Of a DNA stretch of 64,000 nt, positions 46,806-58,162 are shown one piece after another. Origin of the DNA: Armatimonadota bacterium (GTDB lineage Bacteria; Armatimonadota; UBA5829; DTLH01); the NCBI GenBank assembly GCA_038207085.1, contig JBBRAE010000013.1:1-64000 (forward strand), given 5' to 3'. The translations under genes and the position numbers were made by a program. Below the pieces are notes generated by a model. It worked only from the letters and a program-made list of their open reading frames with translations. It was not told the origin of the DNA and made no database searches. The number at the start of each line of letters is the position of its first letter. Position 1 is the stretch's first letter.

Positions 46806-48058
46806 ACCGTCTTCCTCCCCCGCTTGAAAGGACCGATGGCAGTAAAGCAAAGATTCTCTTCGACAAAGAGCTCATTTGCCACCCGCATCACGTCCTCCGC
46901 AGTCACCTTCATGATAGCATCAATTACTTCTTGCACGGGCATGATTCTTCCGTGATAAATCTCTGAACTCGCCATCCGGCTCATCCGGTTGGACATACTT
47001 TCCTGACCAAGAACGAGCGCGCCGCGGATCTGGTTCTTGCCGCGCTCCAGTTCTTCCTGCCCAAGCGGCTCAGCTTTGACGTTCTCAAACTCTGTTCGGA
47101 TGAGCGCGATCACTTCGTCCATGTTCTCGAAACTCGTCCCGGCGTAGACTGCAAACATCCCCGCCTCCCGGTGCGAAGCTGAGTATGAGCCGATGTTATA
47201 GACCAGGCCCCTGTTCTCTCGAACCTCCTGGAACAGCCGCGAGCTCATCCCGCCACCGATCGCGCAGTCAAGCACCGCAAGCACGAACTTATCAGGTTCG
47301 CTGTGGGCAAACCCTCGTGTCCCCAGACAAAAATGGACCTGTTCACTCCGTTTGGCGATCATCTGAGTGCCGCCACTACTAAGAGCGGGGGTAAGCACCC
47401 TCTCAGGCGTCCCACTGTCCAAAGGGCCCATTCGCTCAGTGACAAGCCCAAGTAAATCTTCGTGTTGAAGGTTCCCGGCAGCGGAAACGACGATGCGCCC
47501 GGGGCGGTAGTCGCGCTCGATGTGGCTTACGACCGTGTCTCTCGTGAACTTCGCAACGGTCTTGCGGTCGCCCGCGACAAAATTGCCAAGCGGGTGACTG
47601 GGCCAAAGCGCCTGCGCGAAGACATCGTGGATCATATCCTCGGGGGTGTCCTCGTGGCGTTTGATCTCTTCGACGACCACGTTACGCTCGCGTGCAAGCT
47701 CCTCGGGGTCGTGCACCGAGTGCAGCACCATGTCCGATAGGATATCGACCGCTGTAGGCATATGCAGAGAGAGCACACGGGCATAGTAGCCGGTGGACTC
47801 TCGATCGGTGAACGCATTCAGGTGTCCACCGAGCATCTCCATTTCATCGGCGATACGCCGTGCCGTGCGATTCTCGGTCCCCTTAAAGAGCATGTGCTCA
47901 ATAAAGTGGTGAATCCCCTTTGCGCTGGCCTCTTCATCGCGTGAACCGGAGTCCACAAAGATACCGACAGACACAGAATCCACGTAAGGCACGGACTCAG
48001 AAAGCACGCGGATCCCGTTTGGGAGAACCGTCTTGTTGACATGGGAATCAAATGGCAT
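46802..48058 (-). CDS. M16 family zinc peptidase
   Basis: HFIEHMLFKGT inverted zincin, NAFT, GGGMSSRLFQEVRE.RGL.Y. Confidence 0.93.
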   Translation of the reverse strand: MPFDSHVNKTVLPNGIRVLSESVPYVDSVSVGIFVDSGSRDEEASAKGIHHFIEHMLFKGTENRTARRIADEMEMLGGHLNAFTDRESTGYYARVLSLHMPTAVDILSDMVLHSVHDPEELARERNVVVEEIKRHEDTPEDMIHDVFAQALWPSHPLGNFVAGDRKTVAKFTRDTVVSHIERDYRPGRIVVSAAGNLQHEDLLGLVTERMGPLDSGTPERVLTPALSSGGTQMIAKRSEQVHFCLGTRGFAHSEPDKFVLAVLDCAIGGGMSSRLFQEVRENRGLVYNIGSYSASHREAGMFAVYAGTSFENMDEVIALIRTEFENVKAEPLGQEELERGKNQIRGALVLGQESMSNRMSRMASSEIYHGRIMPVQEVIDAIMKVTAEDVMRVANELFVEENLCFTAIGPFKRGRKTV

Positions 48059-48184
48059 AATATATCCAAAAAAGCCACCGCAACCAGCCCGAACGGCAAT
48101 GGATACGCGGTGGCCGAAGAGAAGTTGGAAGCCTAAGCGGGCGATCGATCATCCCGACCGCCCACAGCTTCCAACTTCGGTATG

Positions 48185-50476
48185 TTATTGTTTCGGTCTG
48201 AAGTGAGCTCTAACGTCCTCGCCGCCGTGGCCGCCTTCACGACCACCGCCGCCGCCACCACGTCCGCCGCCGTAACCGCCGCGTCCGCCACGATCTCTGT
48301 CGCCGCCGCCGCCACGTCCACCGCGGTCCTCACCACCTGGCCTCGGAGTGAGCGCTGCCGCCATTCGAGCCTCGAAGTCCTCTTGGGTCTCACCGGCTCT
48401 GGGCTTCTGAGTCAGGCCTTTCATTGAAAGCCTGATCTTGTTGTCCTCACCCGGAACGACCTTGACGAGCACTTCGTCGCCCATTTGCACAATATCGCTA
48501 GCCTGGTTGACTCGGCCCATCGCCATCTCAGAGATGTGGACCATACCTTCGCGTCCGGGAAGAATCTCCACAAACGCTCCGTAGCCCTCAACCCGAGTGA
48601 CTCGACCGGCATAGGTCTCACCGACCATAACATCGCGAGTAATGTCCTCGACGATCTTCTTAGCTCGCTCGCCGCCCGCAGCATCAACCGACGTGATGTA
48701 CACGTGGCCGTCCTGCTGGATGTCGAGTTTCGCGCCGGTGTCGGCCTCGATCTTCTTGATCACCTTGCCTCCAGGACCGATAATGTCACCGATCTTGTCA
48801 GGGTGAATCTCAACCATGAAGACCCTCGGAGCGTACTCCGAAAGCGCCTCTCTTGGCTGCTCGATCGTCTTTAGCATAATATCAAGCATGTGCAGTCTGC
48901 CGTCACGAGCCCGATCAAGCGTCTCTCTGATAACTGCATCGGAGATTCCGCCGATCTTGGTATCCATCTGTATGGCAGTGATACCCTCACGGGTTCCGGC
49001 GACTTTGAAGTCCATGTCGCCCGTGAAGTCTTCCATACCCTGGATGTCGCTTAGCACACGATAATTCTCGCCATCGGTCATAAGTCCCATCGCGATACCC
49101 GCAACCGGGGACTTGATCGCAACGCCTGCGTCCATCAGAGCAAGAGTAGATCCGCACACACTTGCCATCGAGGACGAGCCATTTGACTCAAGCACGTCCG
49201 AGATCATAAGCAGTGTGTAAGGGAAATCCTCCTGGCTCGGCACAACGTACTTCAGTGCCCGCTCAGCAAGAGCTCCGTGACCGACTTCTCTTCTGCCCGG
49301 AGAACGAAGGAATCTCGCCTCTCCGACAGAGAACGGCAGGAAGTTGTAGAAGTGCATGTAGCGCTTCTCGCTGTCTTCCTCAAGGTTGTCGATCCTCTGC
49401 GCATCATCAAGCGAACCAAGTGTGCAGGTTGTCAGCACCTGGGTTTGGCCTCTGGTGAAGATACCTGATCCGTGTACCCTCGGAAGCATCCCGACCTCAC
49501 ACCAGATGTCTCTGATCTGATCAGGAGTCCTGCCGTCAGGGCGGACGCCCTTCTCAAGGACGAGTTTGCGAACTTCCTGCTTGACTACCTTCTCAGCTGC
49601 CTCTGCAAGCTCCACTTCCCGCTCAGGGAACTGGTCTGCAAGCCTCGCAACGACATCAAGTTTGACATCGTTGATGCCGCTTTCGCGGGACGCCTTGTCC
49701 GGATCCTGAATCGCTGATGCGATCTCGGCGGAAGCGTTGTCCACGATAGCCTGAAGAATTTCGGCGTCGACCTTGTGAAGCGGTACTTCGGTCTTGACAA
49801 CGCCTACCATCGCGGCAAGCTCTTCCTGAAGTTCGCAGAGCGCCTTGATGGCGATCCATGCGAAATCAATCGCGTCAAGAATAACCTGCTCCGAAAGCTG
49901 CTCAGCGCCGCCTTCGATCATCGTCACCGCTTCTTTTGTGCCGGCGACAACGAGATCGAGGTCCGAAACAGGCTGCTGCTCAAGGCTCGGGTTCAGAACG
50001 AACTCACCCTCGATCCGTCCGACGCGAACCGCGCCAACCGGGCCAAGGAAAGGAATGTCCGAAACCGTGAGAGCCGACGAAGCTGCAAGCATCGCGAGCA
50101 TATCGGCGGGGTTTTCCGGCTCCATCGAATAGGGAATTGCGATCACCTGAACGTCGTTGCGCATCCCACTGGGGAACAACGGCCTTAGGGGCCTATCCAT
50201 GAGGCGGGAAGTAAGAACCGCCTTCTCAGACGGGCGACCGCCTCTTTTGATGAAGCCGCCCGGAATTTTCCCAACAGCTGATTTCCGCTCTTCATAATCA
50301 CAAGTAAGGGGAAAGAAATCTATCCCCTGCTTCGGAAGAGCGCCCATCGTAGCCGTGCCAAGGACCACAGAGTCCCCGCACGAAACGAACACGGAGCCAT
50401 TCGCCTGCTTGGCGACCTTGCCCGTCTCGATGACGTACGTGCGCCCTCCGAGTTCTCGTTCAACTCTATGCGTCAT
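48185..50476 (-). CDS. pnp: Polyribonucleotide nucleotidyltransferase (PNPase)
   Basis: FFPLT, RLMDRPLRPLFP, FTRGQTQ, ESNGSSSMASVC, GDMDFKVAG, KH and S1 domains, Gly/Arg-rich tail. Confidence 0.98.
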   Translation of the reverse strand: MTHRVERELGGRTYVIETGKVAKQANGSVFVSCGDSVVLGTATMGALPKQGIDFFPLTCDYEERKSAVGKIPGGFIKRGGRPSEKAVLTSRLMDRPLRPLFPSGMRNDVQVIAIPYSMEPENPADMLAMLAASSALTVSDIPFLGPVGAVRVGRIEGEFVLNPSLEQQPVSDLDLVVAGTKEAVTMIEGGAEQLSEQVILDAIDFAWIAIKALCELQEELAAMVGVVKTEVPLHKVDAEILQAIVDNASAEIASAIQDPDKASRESGINDVKLDVVARLADQFPEREVELAEAAEKVVKQEVRKLVLEKGVRPDGRTPDQIRDIWCEVGMLPRVHGSGIFTRGQTQVLTTCTLGSLDDAQRIDNLEEDSEKRYMHFYNFLPFSVGEARFLRSPGRREVGHGALAERALKYVVPSQEDFPYTLLMISDVLESNGSSSMASVCGSTLALMDAGVAIKSPVAGIAMGLMTDGENYRVLSDIQGMEDFTGDMDFKVAGTREGITAIQMDTKIGGISDAVIRETLDRARDGRLHMLDIMLKTIEQPREALSEYAPRVFMVEIHPDKIGDIIGPGGKVIKKIEADTGAKLDIQQDGHVYITSVDAAGGERAKKIVEDITRDVMVGETYAGRVTRVEGYGAFVEILPGREGMVHISEMAMGRVNQASDIVQMGDEVLVKVVPGEDNKIRLSMKGLTQKPRAGETQEDFEARMAAALTPRPGGEDRGGRGGGGDRDRGGRGGYGGGRGGGGGGREGGHGGEDVRAHFRPKQ

Positions 50477-50490
50477 ATGTAGTTAATGTC

Positions 50491-50760
50491 CTATCTGCGC
50501 AGACCAAGCTTTGCAACAATCGCGCGGTAACGGCTGATTTCCGTCTTCGCAAGATAGTTTAGCAGCCTTCTACGCTGTCCGACCATCATCAGGAGCCCAC
50601 GCCTCGAATGGTGGTCCTTTTTATGCTCCTTGAGATGCTCCGTAAGCCCAGCAATCCGTGTCGACAACAGTGCAATCTGCACCTCAGGTGACCCGGTATC
50701 GCCATCGTGAGTCTTATGCTCCGCGATTATCTGGTCCTTCTGCTCTTTTATAAGCCCCAA
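50491..50760 (-). CDS. rpsO: 30S ribosomal protein S15
   Basis: [31 protein letters not shown] start after GGAGG; 89 aa. Confidence 0.97.
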   Translation of the reverse strand: MGLIKEQKDQIIAEHKTHDGDTGSPEVQIALLSTRIAGLTEHLKEHKKDHHSRRGLLMMVGQRRRLLNYLAKTEISRYRAIVAKLGLRR

Positions 50761-50907
50761 AAAATCTGTACCTCCGTATGTTCTACGAGAATTTACCATA
50801 ATGTCGTTCAAATTGTCAACGTAAGTCTGCTTGCCGAATAATCACCGGCGAGCTACACACTTTGTAATATGCCCAAACCAACAGCGCCACGCTGCAAGCT
50901 CGCTTCC

Positions 50908-51834
50908 TCATCTCTCGGCAACTATGCGCCTGGCCTCGGCGATATCCACTCCTATTTGAGCGATAAGGCTCGCCAGACTCTCGAACTTCTGCTGGTCACG
51001 AAGTTTTCTGCGAAAGACCACCCCAAGCCGAGTGCCGTAAATATCCCCCAAAAAATCGTCTATCAGCACTTCAATCGCGTGCTCTGTCCCGTCAATTGTC
51101 GGCCTGTGACCGATGCTGCAAGCCGCAGCATAGCACCTGCCGTCAACAATCGCTTCGACGGCGTACACTCCGTCCGGCGGCACGATCTGTCTGTCTGCGA
51201 CATCCACGTTCGCCGTTGGATATCCAAGCTGACGCCCGAGACCAAGCCCAGTGACAACCTCGCCAAACATCGTAAACGGGCGACCAAGAAGCAGCGCCGC
51301 AGTGTCAACCTCGCCGCGCTCGATCGTGTGGCGCACCCGTGTGCTGCTGACCGGGGCTCCCTGAAAGACAGTAGGCTCGACGCCGATCACCCGAAGACCT
51401 CGCGCGTCGCCAATCTGCCTGAGCGCTTTAATATCGCCTGAGCGATGTTTGCCAAACTTGAAATTGCTTCCCACAACTACAACTGCACAGTGCAAACGAT
51501 CTATCAACACGCGATCTACGAACTCCTCGGCAGTAAGATCGGCAAGCGCGTGATCGAACTTCGCGACTACCACGTTTTGAACGCCGGTAGACTGCAATAG
51601 ATCGACCTTCTGGTCAAGAGTCGTCAAATACCGAGGTTCACGCTCGGGAGCTAGAAGCGCTCTAGGGTGGCGGTCGAACGTAAGGACCACATCGCGAACA
51701 CCGAGCCTCGCCGCCTCAGCACGAAGCACCGCCAGAAGCGCCTGATGTCCAAGATGCACCCCGTCGAACACGCCGATACTCACCGCACACCGGCCAAAAG
51801 CCCCGGGGACATCGTCAAGCGTCACAATACTCAC
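50908..51834 (-). CDS. ribF: Bifunctional riboflavin kinase/FAD synthetase
   Basis: IGVFDGVHLGH, F.FG..R.G, VSST.VR, GRQLGYPTAN, GVY. Confidence 0.94.
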   Translation of the reverse strand: MSIVTLDDVPGAFGRCAVSIGVFDGVHLGHQALLAVLRAEAARLGVRDVVLTFDRHPRALLAPEREPRYLTTLDQKVDLLQSTGVQNVVVAKFDHALADLTAEEFVDRVLIDRLHCAVVVVGSNFKFGKHRSGDIKALRQIGDARGLRVIGVEPTVFQGAPVSSTRVRHTIERGEVDTAALLLGRPFTMFGEVVTGLGLGRQLGYPTANVDVADRQIVPPDGVYAVEAIVDGRCYAAACSIGHRPTIDGTEHAIEVLIDDFLGDIYGTRLGVVFRRKLRDQQKFESLASLIAQIGVDIAEARRIVAER

Positions 51835-52751
51835 TTGGAGGCCTCCGCAAAGACTTTCTCAGGGCTGATCACACTGCCCCCGGCCCGCGGATGTGCTCGG
51901 CCAAGCGCAAGCAGTTCACCGCTCTCGCTTTTCAACCGAACCACCTCGCCTTCAGCCGACTGGTAGGAGGACGGAACCACGCAGCCGTGAAGCACCAAAC
52001 CGGCCTGCACGGGGTCGACGATCACCTCGGGCATCGCAACAAGCGCTGCATCCATCGACAAAAGCAACTCTTCGGCGCCAGACTTCGATGCGCGCTCCGC
52101 CAGGGTGTCCAGCTCTAGCGCATTTTCTAAATCAAAACTGCCCACACGGGTGCGAACCAGGCTCAGCATAAACCCGCCGACACCAAGCTTCTCGCCGATA
52201 TCAGCGCAGATCGTGCGAATATAGGTGCCGCTGGAACAGACTATTCGCAGACCGGCAACAGGAAGACCATCAGGCCCGCCATTGTCGCTAAAACTCGTCA
52301 TCTCAAGCTCGTAGACCGTCACCTCGCGCGCCTGTCGCTCCACCTGGATATCCTTGCGAGCAAGTTTGTATAACCTTTCGCCCTGATACTTAACAGCCGA
52401 CACCATCGGAGGAATCTGCATAATGCGACCGGTAAAGCCTGGCAGGGCGTCAAGGACCATCTCGCGGGTAACGTGGGAGGCATCGGTCTGAGTAAGCACG
52501 TCGCCCTCTACATCCTCGGTCGAAGTAGTGCGGCCAAGGACCATTTCAGCGCGATACTCTTTCTGTTCTGCGACCAGATACTCCACAATGCGAGTAGCCT
52601 TGCCGACACACACCACGAGCACACCCGTCGCCAGGGGATCGAGCGTCCCCGCGTGCCCCACCCGCTTTTCTCTTAGAATCCGTCTTATGCTCGCTACCAC
52701 ATCGTGTGAAGTCGGACCGGAAGGCTTGTTGATATTTAGGACGCCATCCAC
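51831..52751 (-). CDS. truB: tRNA pseudouridine(55) synthase
   Basis: KP.G.TSHDVV, VGHAGTLDPLATGVL, PPM.SAVK, CSSGTYIR. Confidence 0.96.
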   Translation of the reverse strand: MDGVLNINKPSGPTSHDVVASIRRILREKRVGHAGTLDPLATGVLVVCVGKATRIVEYLVAEQKEYRAEMVLGRTTSTEDVEGDVLTQTDASHVTREMVLDALPGFTGRIMQIPPMVSAVKYQGERLYKLARKDIQVERQAREVTVYELEMTSFSDNGGPDGLPVAGLRIVCSSGTYIRTICADIGEKLGVGGFMLSLVRTRVGSFDLENALELDTLAERASKSGAEELLLSMDAALVAMPEVIVDPVQAGLVLHGCVVPSSYQSAEGEVVRLKSESGELLALGRAHPRAGGSVISPEKVFAEASK

Positions 52752-53716
52752 TTACGAACCTCCGCAAGGACGGCGGGTCTCGCCACATCCAGTGGTGCTT
52801 CAATGGTGATACCGGCGGCTGCCACGTGACCTCCGCCTCCAAAAGTGTTAGCGATTGCGTTCACATCAACCTTGCCCCAGGATCTGAGGCTCACTCGTGT
52901 GACCTTCTCATCGAGCTCCCGGAAGAGCACTCCAACATCAGCGCCCTTGATCGCCCGAACATGGTTCACGATGCTATCGGTATCGGCGTCGGTCGCATTG
53001 AACCGCGCGAAATCCTCTTTGGCAACCTGTGACCAGGCAAGGCGGCCTTCAAGCTCGGTCTGGATCGCAAGCAGCGCGACTCCGAGCAGCTTGGTGTTCG
53101 CCATCGAGCGGTTTTCGTATATCTCGCGGGAAGCGCGCGACGGGGATGCGCCAAGCGCAACCAGCCTCGACGCGAATTCGAGAGTCTGGGCGTTTACGTT
53201 GGAAAACCTAAAGCCACCGGTGTCGCCGACGATCCCAGCCATCAAGAGCTCAGCGGTCTCGGTATCGATGAATATACTAAGCCCGTGCAACAGCTCAAAA
53301 ACAAGCTCGGCAGTCGATGCGGAACTCGAATCACCCAAAAATAGCGTTGGCTCACAATCACTGTCACCGGGCTTGTGATGGTCGATGATCAAAAGCGACT
53401 TTGCACTGGTAGCAACTTCACCCGAGGTCCCACAGCGGCCAGCCGAGTTACAGTCGCAAATTATACCGACATCGAAGCCGCGGTCACTCGTTTCACGCTG
53501 CACTTTATCGACGTCCGGGAGCCAGGTGCATGTGTCCGGCACGCCGTCCTCGGAGAGCACAACGACCGACTTTTCCAGAACCCTGAGGCCCCGGGCGAGC
53601 GCAAGTATACTCCCGATCGCATCCGCGTCGGGCCGAGTATGCGCGGTGATGACAAAAGTCTCCGCCGACTCGATTAACGCCTGAGCGGCGTCCAGTTCAT
53701 TCTTTGTTAGGCTCAT
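52736..53716 (-). CDS. nrnA: DHH/DHHA1 phosphoesterase (NrnA-like oligoribonuclease/pAp phosphatase)
   Basis: H.RPDADAIGS, IDHH, DTGGF, SLRS, GGGGH..AAG. Confidence 0.88.
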   Translation of the reverse strand: MSLTKNELDAAQALIESAETFVITAHTRPDADAIGSILALARGLRVLEKSVVVLSEDGVPDTCTWLPDVDKVQRETSDRGFDVGIICDCNSAGRCGTSGEVATSAKSLLIIDHHKPGDSDCEPTLFLGDSSSASTAELVFELLHGLSIFIDTETAELLMAGIVGDTGGFRFSNVNAQTLEFASRLVALGASPSRASREIYENRSMANTKLLGVALLAIQTELEGRLAWSQVAKEDFARFNATDADTDSIVNHVRAIKGADVGVLFRELDEKVTRVSLRSWGKVDVNAIANTFGGGGHVAAAGITIEAPLDVARPAVLAEVRKWMAS

Positions 53717-54053
53717 TCTTTTTTATCTTCTGCAACAGCTCGAACATTCTTATCCCCTGCTCGATGCTTTCATCGAAGCGGAAATCAATCTCAGGTGTGG
53801 TTCGCATCTTGACCCGCTTGCCCACTTCAGCGCGAAAGAACCCGGAGGCGTTCTTAAGGGCCTTTAGGGACAACCTCTTGGCTTCGTCGTCGCCAAGAAC
53901 ACTCACATAAACACGCGCATGTCTCAGGTCCGCTGTGATATCGACATCAGTGATGGTCACAAACCCGACGCGAGGGTCTTTCATCTCGCGGTGAATTATC
54001 TCGCTGATCTCAATCTTCAGCATCTCCTCAACTTTTTCCTGTCGGGTGCTCAC
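53697..54053 (-). CDS. rbfA: Ribosome-binding factor A
   Basis: KDPR..FVTIT.V..T.DL..A.VY, R.TP...F..D.S. Confidence 0.95.
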   Translation of the reverse strand: MSTRQEKVEEMLKIEISEIIHREMKDPRVGFVTITDVDITADLRHARVYVSVLGDDEAKRLSLKALKNASGFFRAEVGKRVKMRTTPEIDFRFDESIEQGIRMFELLQKIKKNEPNKE

Positions 54054-54055
54054 AG

Positions 54056-54337
54056 CTATACAAACTCCATATCTATCGCACCAACTGCGATCGCGGGGTT
54101 CGATTCAACAAAATCCACCACGTGGTCAAGCACGCCGTTGGCTACGTCGCGTTCGTTTGACACGCACGATACGCCAACAACCGCGCGCCGCCAGACGTCG
54201 TTATCACCGACCTCTGCGGCAGACACGTTGAACCGATGCCGGATACCGTCAATCAGGCTCTTCACCACTTGACGTTTATCCTTTAATGAATTTGCCCCCG
54301 GTATACTAAAACTAATAGTCAAAATGCCAACAACCAT
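54056..54337 (-). CDS. DUF503 (YlxP) family protein
   Basis: MVVG...SLKDKR.VVKSL.....RFNVSAAEV; between infB and rbfA. Confidence 0.88.
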   Translation of the reverse strand: MVVGILTISFSIPGANSLKDKRQVVKSLIDGIRHRFNVSAAEVGDNDVWRRAVVGVSCVSNERDVANGVLDHVVDFVESNPAIAVGAIDMEFV

Positions 54338-54415
54338 ATAGTTATTCAGCAAAAAGTTGCGAGCCCGGTCGTCCGAGCCCGCAACTGATATTATCTCCAA
54401 AACAAAGGGCAGCGC

Positions 54416-56344
54416 TTATACAGCGCGAGCAACCCTCTTGGTAGTGTAAACGTCGAATACGTCGCCTTCGTGGAAGTCGTTGTATCCGTCCATCGAGATA
54501 CCGCACTCGAAGCCCGCGGCCATCTCTTTCACGTCGTCTTTGATGTGCTTCAGCTGGTCAATCTTGCCCTCGCGGACCACTTCGTTGCCGCGCATCACTC
54601 TCACGAACGCGCCTCGCTGAATCTTGCCTTCAGTCACATAGCAACCAGCGACCATTCCGATCTTCGGAACCCGGAAGGTGGCTCTCACTTCGGCCTTGCC
54701 AAGCGGGACCTCTTCGATAATCGGCTCAAGCAGACCACCCATCGCAGCGCGAACGTCGTTGATCAACTCGTAGATAACGTTGTACGTTCGCACCTCAACG
54801 TGCTCCGCCTCGGCCATATCGATCGCTCTCTGGTCGTAGCGGACGTTGAACCCGATCACAATCGCGTTGGATGCTGCAGCCAGCAGAATGTCCGACTCGC
54901 TCACGTTGCCAACGGCGCTGTGAATGATGTTTACCCGAACTTCCTCGTGCTCGATGCCCTCAAGCGACTGTCGAACAGCTTCTTCGGAACCCTGAACGTC
55001 TGCCTTAAGAATGATATTCAGGTCTCTGACAGCTCCCTCTTTCACCTGTCTGAACAGGTCTTCAAGGGTCAGTCTGGACTCGGATGCCATTCTCTCATCA
55101 CGGGCGTCGCGTGCGCGGCTCTCTGCCAAGAGTCGAGCTTCTCGCTCGTCCTTAGCCGATACCAACACGTCACCAGCGGCAGGCGGCATCGACAGGCCAA
55201 GAATCTCGACAGCAGTCGCAGGGCCAGCCTTAAAGACTCGCTCACCATTCTCGTCAAGCATAGCCTTGATCTTGCCGTGGACGGCCCCCGCAACAACCGG
55301 GGTCCCGACCTTGAGCGTGCCCTTCTGAACAAGCACAGTCGCGACAGCGCCTTTGCCTCGGTCGACCTTTGCTTCGATGATCGTTCCCAAAACATCTCTT
55401 GTCGACGCCGGGGCAGTAAGCTCCTGCATATCGGCAACGAGCAGGATCATCTCAAGCAGGTCGCCAATGTGCTCCCCCTGCTTGGCTGAGACTTCGACCA
55501 TAATCGTGTCGCCGCCCCAGTCTTCGGTCATAAGACCGTGTTCCATGAGCTGCTGCTTGGTGCGGTCGACGTTCGCGTCAACCTTGTCGATCTTGTTGAT
55601 CGCGACGATAATCGGCACGTTCGCCGCCTTGGCGTGGTGGATAGCCTCAATAGTCTGGGGCATAACCGCGTCGTCGGCTGCGACAACAAGCACTGCAATA
55701 TCAGTAATACTAGCGCCTCGTGCACGCATGGCAGTAAAAGCTTCGTGACCAGGAGTATCAAGGAACGTGATCTTCTTGCCGTTCACTTCCACCTGGTAAG
55801 CGCCGATGTGCTGGGTGATGCCACCAAACTCACCAGCGGTAACATTTGCTTTACGGATAGTATCAAGAAGGGTCGTCTTACCGTGGTCGACGTGCCCCAT
55901 AATAACAACTACCGGCGGCCGTGCGACGGTCTTGCCGGCATGTTTGGGCTTGGGTCCGTTTGCGGTTGGCTTCGGGGCGATTACCCGGTCCTTCTTCACG
56001 ACCTGCAATTTGTAGCCGAATTTTCCGGCAAGCGAGCCGGCGACTTCGGCGTCGAGCTGCTGATTGACACTGGCAAGCACGCCCATCTCAACCAGTCGCT
56101 TCTGCAGATCGGAAGCATCAACTTTCATAGCCTCCGCAAGTTCCCGAACCGATATGGTCTGCCCGATCTCGACCATGCGGCTTGAGTCCTGTGCGACGAG
56201 ATCCTTGACGGTCTGAGCCGTCGCCTCATCGACCACAGCGCCACCGGTCGAAGCGGAAACACCGAGATCCTTCAGGATATCGATAAGCGGACCAGTCCCG
56301 ATGCCCATCTCCTTTGCTAGTTCGGAAACCTTAAGGTTCTTCAT
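54416..56344 (-). CDS. infB: Translation initiation factor IF-2
   Basis: [42 protein letters not shown]. Confidence 0.98.
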   Translation of the reverse strand: MKNLKVSELAKEMGIGTGPLIDILKDLGVSASTGGAVVDEATAQTVKDLVAQDSSRMVEIGQTISVRELAEAMKVDASDLQKRLVEMGVLASVNQQLDAEVAGSLAGKFGYKLQVVKKDRVIAPKPTANGPKPKHAGKTVARPPVVVIMGHVDHGKTTLLDTIRKANVTAGEFGGITQHIGAYQVEVNGKKITFLDTPGHEAFTAMRARGASITDIAVLVVAADDAVMPQTIEAIHHAKAANVPIIVAINKIDKVDANVDRTKQQLMEHGLMTEDWGGDTIMVEVSAKQGEHIGDLLEMILLVADMQELTAPASTRDVLGTIIEAKVDRGKGAVATVLVQKGTLKVGTPVVAGAVHGKIKAMLDENGERVFKAGPATAVEILGLSMPPAAGDVLVSAKDEREARLLAESRARDARDERMASESRLTLEDLFRQVKEGAVRDLNIILKADVQGSEEAVRQSLEGIEHEEVRVNIIHSAVGNVSESDILLAAASNAIVIGFNVRYDQRAIDMAEAEHVEVRTYNVIYELINDVRAAMGGLLEPIIEEVPLGKAEVRATFRVPKIGMVAGCYVTEGKIQRGAFVRVMRGNEVVREGKIDQLKHIKDDVKEMAAGFECGISMDGYNDFHEGDVFDVYTTKRVARAV

Positions 56345-56612
56345 ACAGATTTTCTTCTCCAATCGGATAATCGGCTCCGTGCGCGTTCTCAGGTGCACGG
56401 CTAATACGGAGTCATTAGAATATACACATCAATACAAAAGTTGAGAACAACCGTGGAGAAACAGAGGAGCCAAAGGGGCAAAGGAAAGAAGTGGGCACGA
56501 GGCCCATAGATAGGAGCACTGCTGGCGCGGGTGATATTCACACGCGATCTCGCCCGAACCGATCGGGCTATATTATAATGAGCGTCAGTGTTCCATAGTT
56601 ATTCCTTGCCGT

Positions 56613-56900
56613 CTACTGTTCCGCGTTTTCGTTCTCCTGCACGACCAATTCAATTTCACTGATGAGTCCAGCAGGCAGCGCCGTGCGAAGCGCCCGCTCG
56701 AACCCCTTTTTCTTGATCGCCGCAGCAAGGCACACCTTGCTGCGACAAATATACGCTCCCCTGCCCGGCTTCTTGCCGGTGGGGTCTATACCAATCTCAC
56801 CGGTCGAACTCCGTACAATACGGAGCAGACCTTTCTTTTCCCCTGTCGATCGACAGGCCACACATGTTCGGATCGGTTTCTTCTTGTCTTCCAAAACCAA
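56613..56900 (-). CDS. ylxR: YlxR (DUF448) family protein
   Basis: PIRTCVAC, LLRIVR, GRGAYIC. Confidence 0.9.
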   Translation of the reverse strand: MVLEDKKKPIRTCVACRSTGEKKGLLRIVRSSTGEIGIDPTGKKPGRGAYICRSKVCLAAAIKKKGFERALRTALPAGLISEIELVVQENENAEQ

Positions 56901-56939
56901 TACCCATTTTCAATTTGGGACTTAAGTTCCAAAATCAAA

Positions 56940-58127
56940 TCAATCCCAGGCTGATTCGCCAGAGTCGCCGCTGACGACAGTCTCAGAATCCACTGCTTCA
57001 ACCACAACTTCAGCTTCAACAGCAACAACGTCCTCAGGTTCAGGATCAACCGCAGCCACAACCTCTGGCTCAGGCTCAACGGTCAACACTGCTTTTGCGA
57101 TCTGGGCTTCGCTTCGAATATCGATTCTCCAGCCCGTCAACCTCGCCGCAAGCCTTACGTTCTGCCCGGACTTGCCGATAGCAAGCGAGAGCTGACTGTC
57201 CGGCACGACTACAAGCGCGGTCTTGGTATCTTCGTTCACAGTGACCGAAGAGGCCTTGGCCGGGCTCAGGCTTTCGGCGATGTACTTCGCCATATCCTGG
57301 TTCCAGCGGACAATATCGATCTTTTCGTCGTAAAGCTCGTTTACAACCGCCTGAACGCGACTTCCACGATGCCCAACGCATGCGCCTACCGGATCGACCT
57401 TGTCATCACTCGACGTAACGGCAATCTTGGTCCTTGCCCCGGCTTCACGGGCGACAGATTTGATCGTCACGATGGCCTCCACGATCTCAGGAACCTCAAG
57501 CTCGAATAGCCTGCGGATCAGAGTCGGGTGAGTCCTCGAAACGACCACCTGCGGTCCGCGCGGTGTGCGCCTGACCTCGAGAATATAAATCTTCAGCCTG
57601 TCACCGAACCTGTAAGGCTCGGTCGGCACCTGCTCCGCAGCCGGCAGAAGCGCCTCAACCTTGCCCAGGTTGATAAACACGTTCCGCTGCTCTTTACGCT
57701 GAACAGTGCCCGTTACGACCTCGCCGACGCGCTCGCCGAACTCCTCGTACACGTGCTCACGCTCGGCCTCGCGAATCCGCTGCACGACTACCTGCTTGGC
57801 AGTCTGCGCCGCGATTCGTCCGAAGTTCTCAGGCGTAACCTCGATCTCTACGGAAGAGCCAACAACAGCGTCGGGGTCGTACTTCCTCGCGTCCGTAAAA
57901 TTGATCTCAGTATGATCGTTCTCAACGTGCTCGACTACGTCTTTTTGACAATAGACCTTAAAGCCGGACTTGGAGGAGGTCACTCGGACGCGAACGTCCC
58001 CAGTTGCGGCATAGTTTTTCTTATATGCCGTTTCAAGCGCCGACTCGATAGTCGTGAGGAGCACCTCAAGCGGTATATCTTTTTCCTTCTCTATCTGTCG
58101 GAGCGCCTCTAGGAAGTCCTGGTTCAT
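56940..58127 (-). CDS. nusA: Transcription termination factor NusA
   Basis: FGRIAAQTAKQV, SR...LF.LEVPEI, AREAG.RTKIAV, GACVG.RG.R, LSLAIGK.GQNVRLA. Confidence 0.97.
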   Translation of the reverse strand: MNQDFLEALRQIEKEKDIPLEVLLTTIESALETAYKKNYAATGDVRVRVTSSKSGFKVYCQKDVVEHVENDHTEINFTDARKYDPDAVVGSSVEIEVTPENFGRIAAQTAKQVVVQRIREAEREHVYEEFGERVGEVVTGTVQRKEQRNVFINLGKVEALLPAAEQVPTEPYRFGDRLKIYILEVRRTPRGPQVVVSRTHPTLIRRLFELEVPEIVEAIVTIKSVAREAGARTKIAVTSSDDKVDPVGACVGHRGSRVQAVVNELYDEKIDIVRWNQDMAKYIAESLSPAKASSVTVNEDTKTALVVVPDSQLSLAIGKSGQNVRLAARLTGWRIDIRSEAQIAKAVLTVEPEPEVVAAVDPEPEDVVAVEAEVVVEAVDSETVVSGDSGESAWD

Positions 58128-58162
58128 TCTAGCTATCTCCCGATAAACTTGCTTTAAACAAT

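Noticed and set aside
54470..56185. 339-aa and 215-aa plus-strand ORFs
   Set aside because: Antisense shadows of infB caused by codon bias
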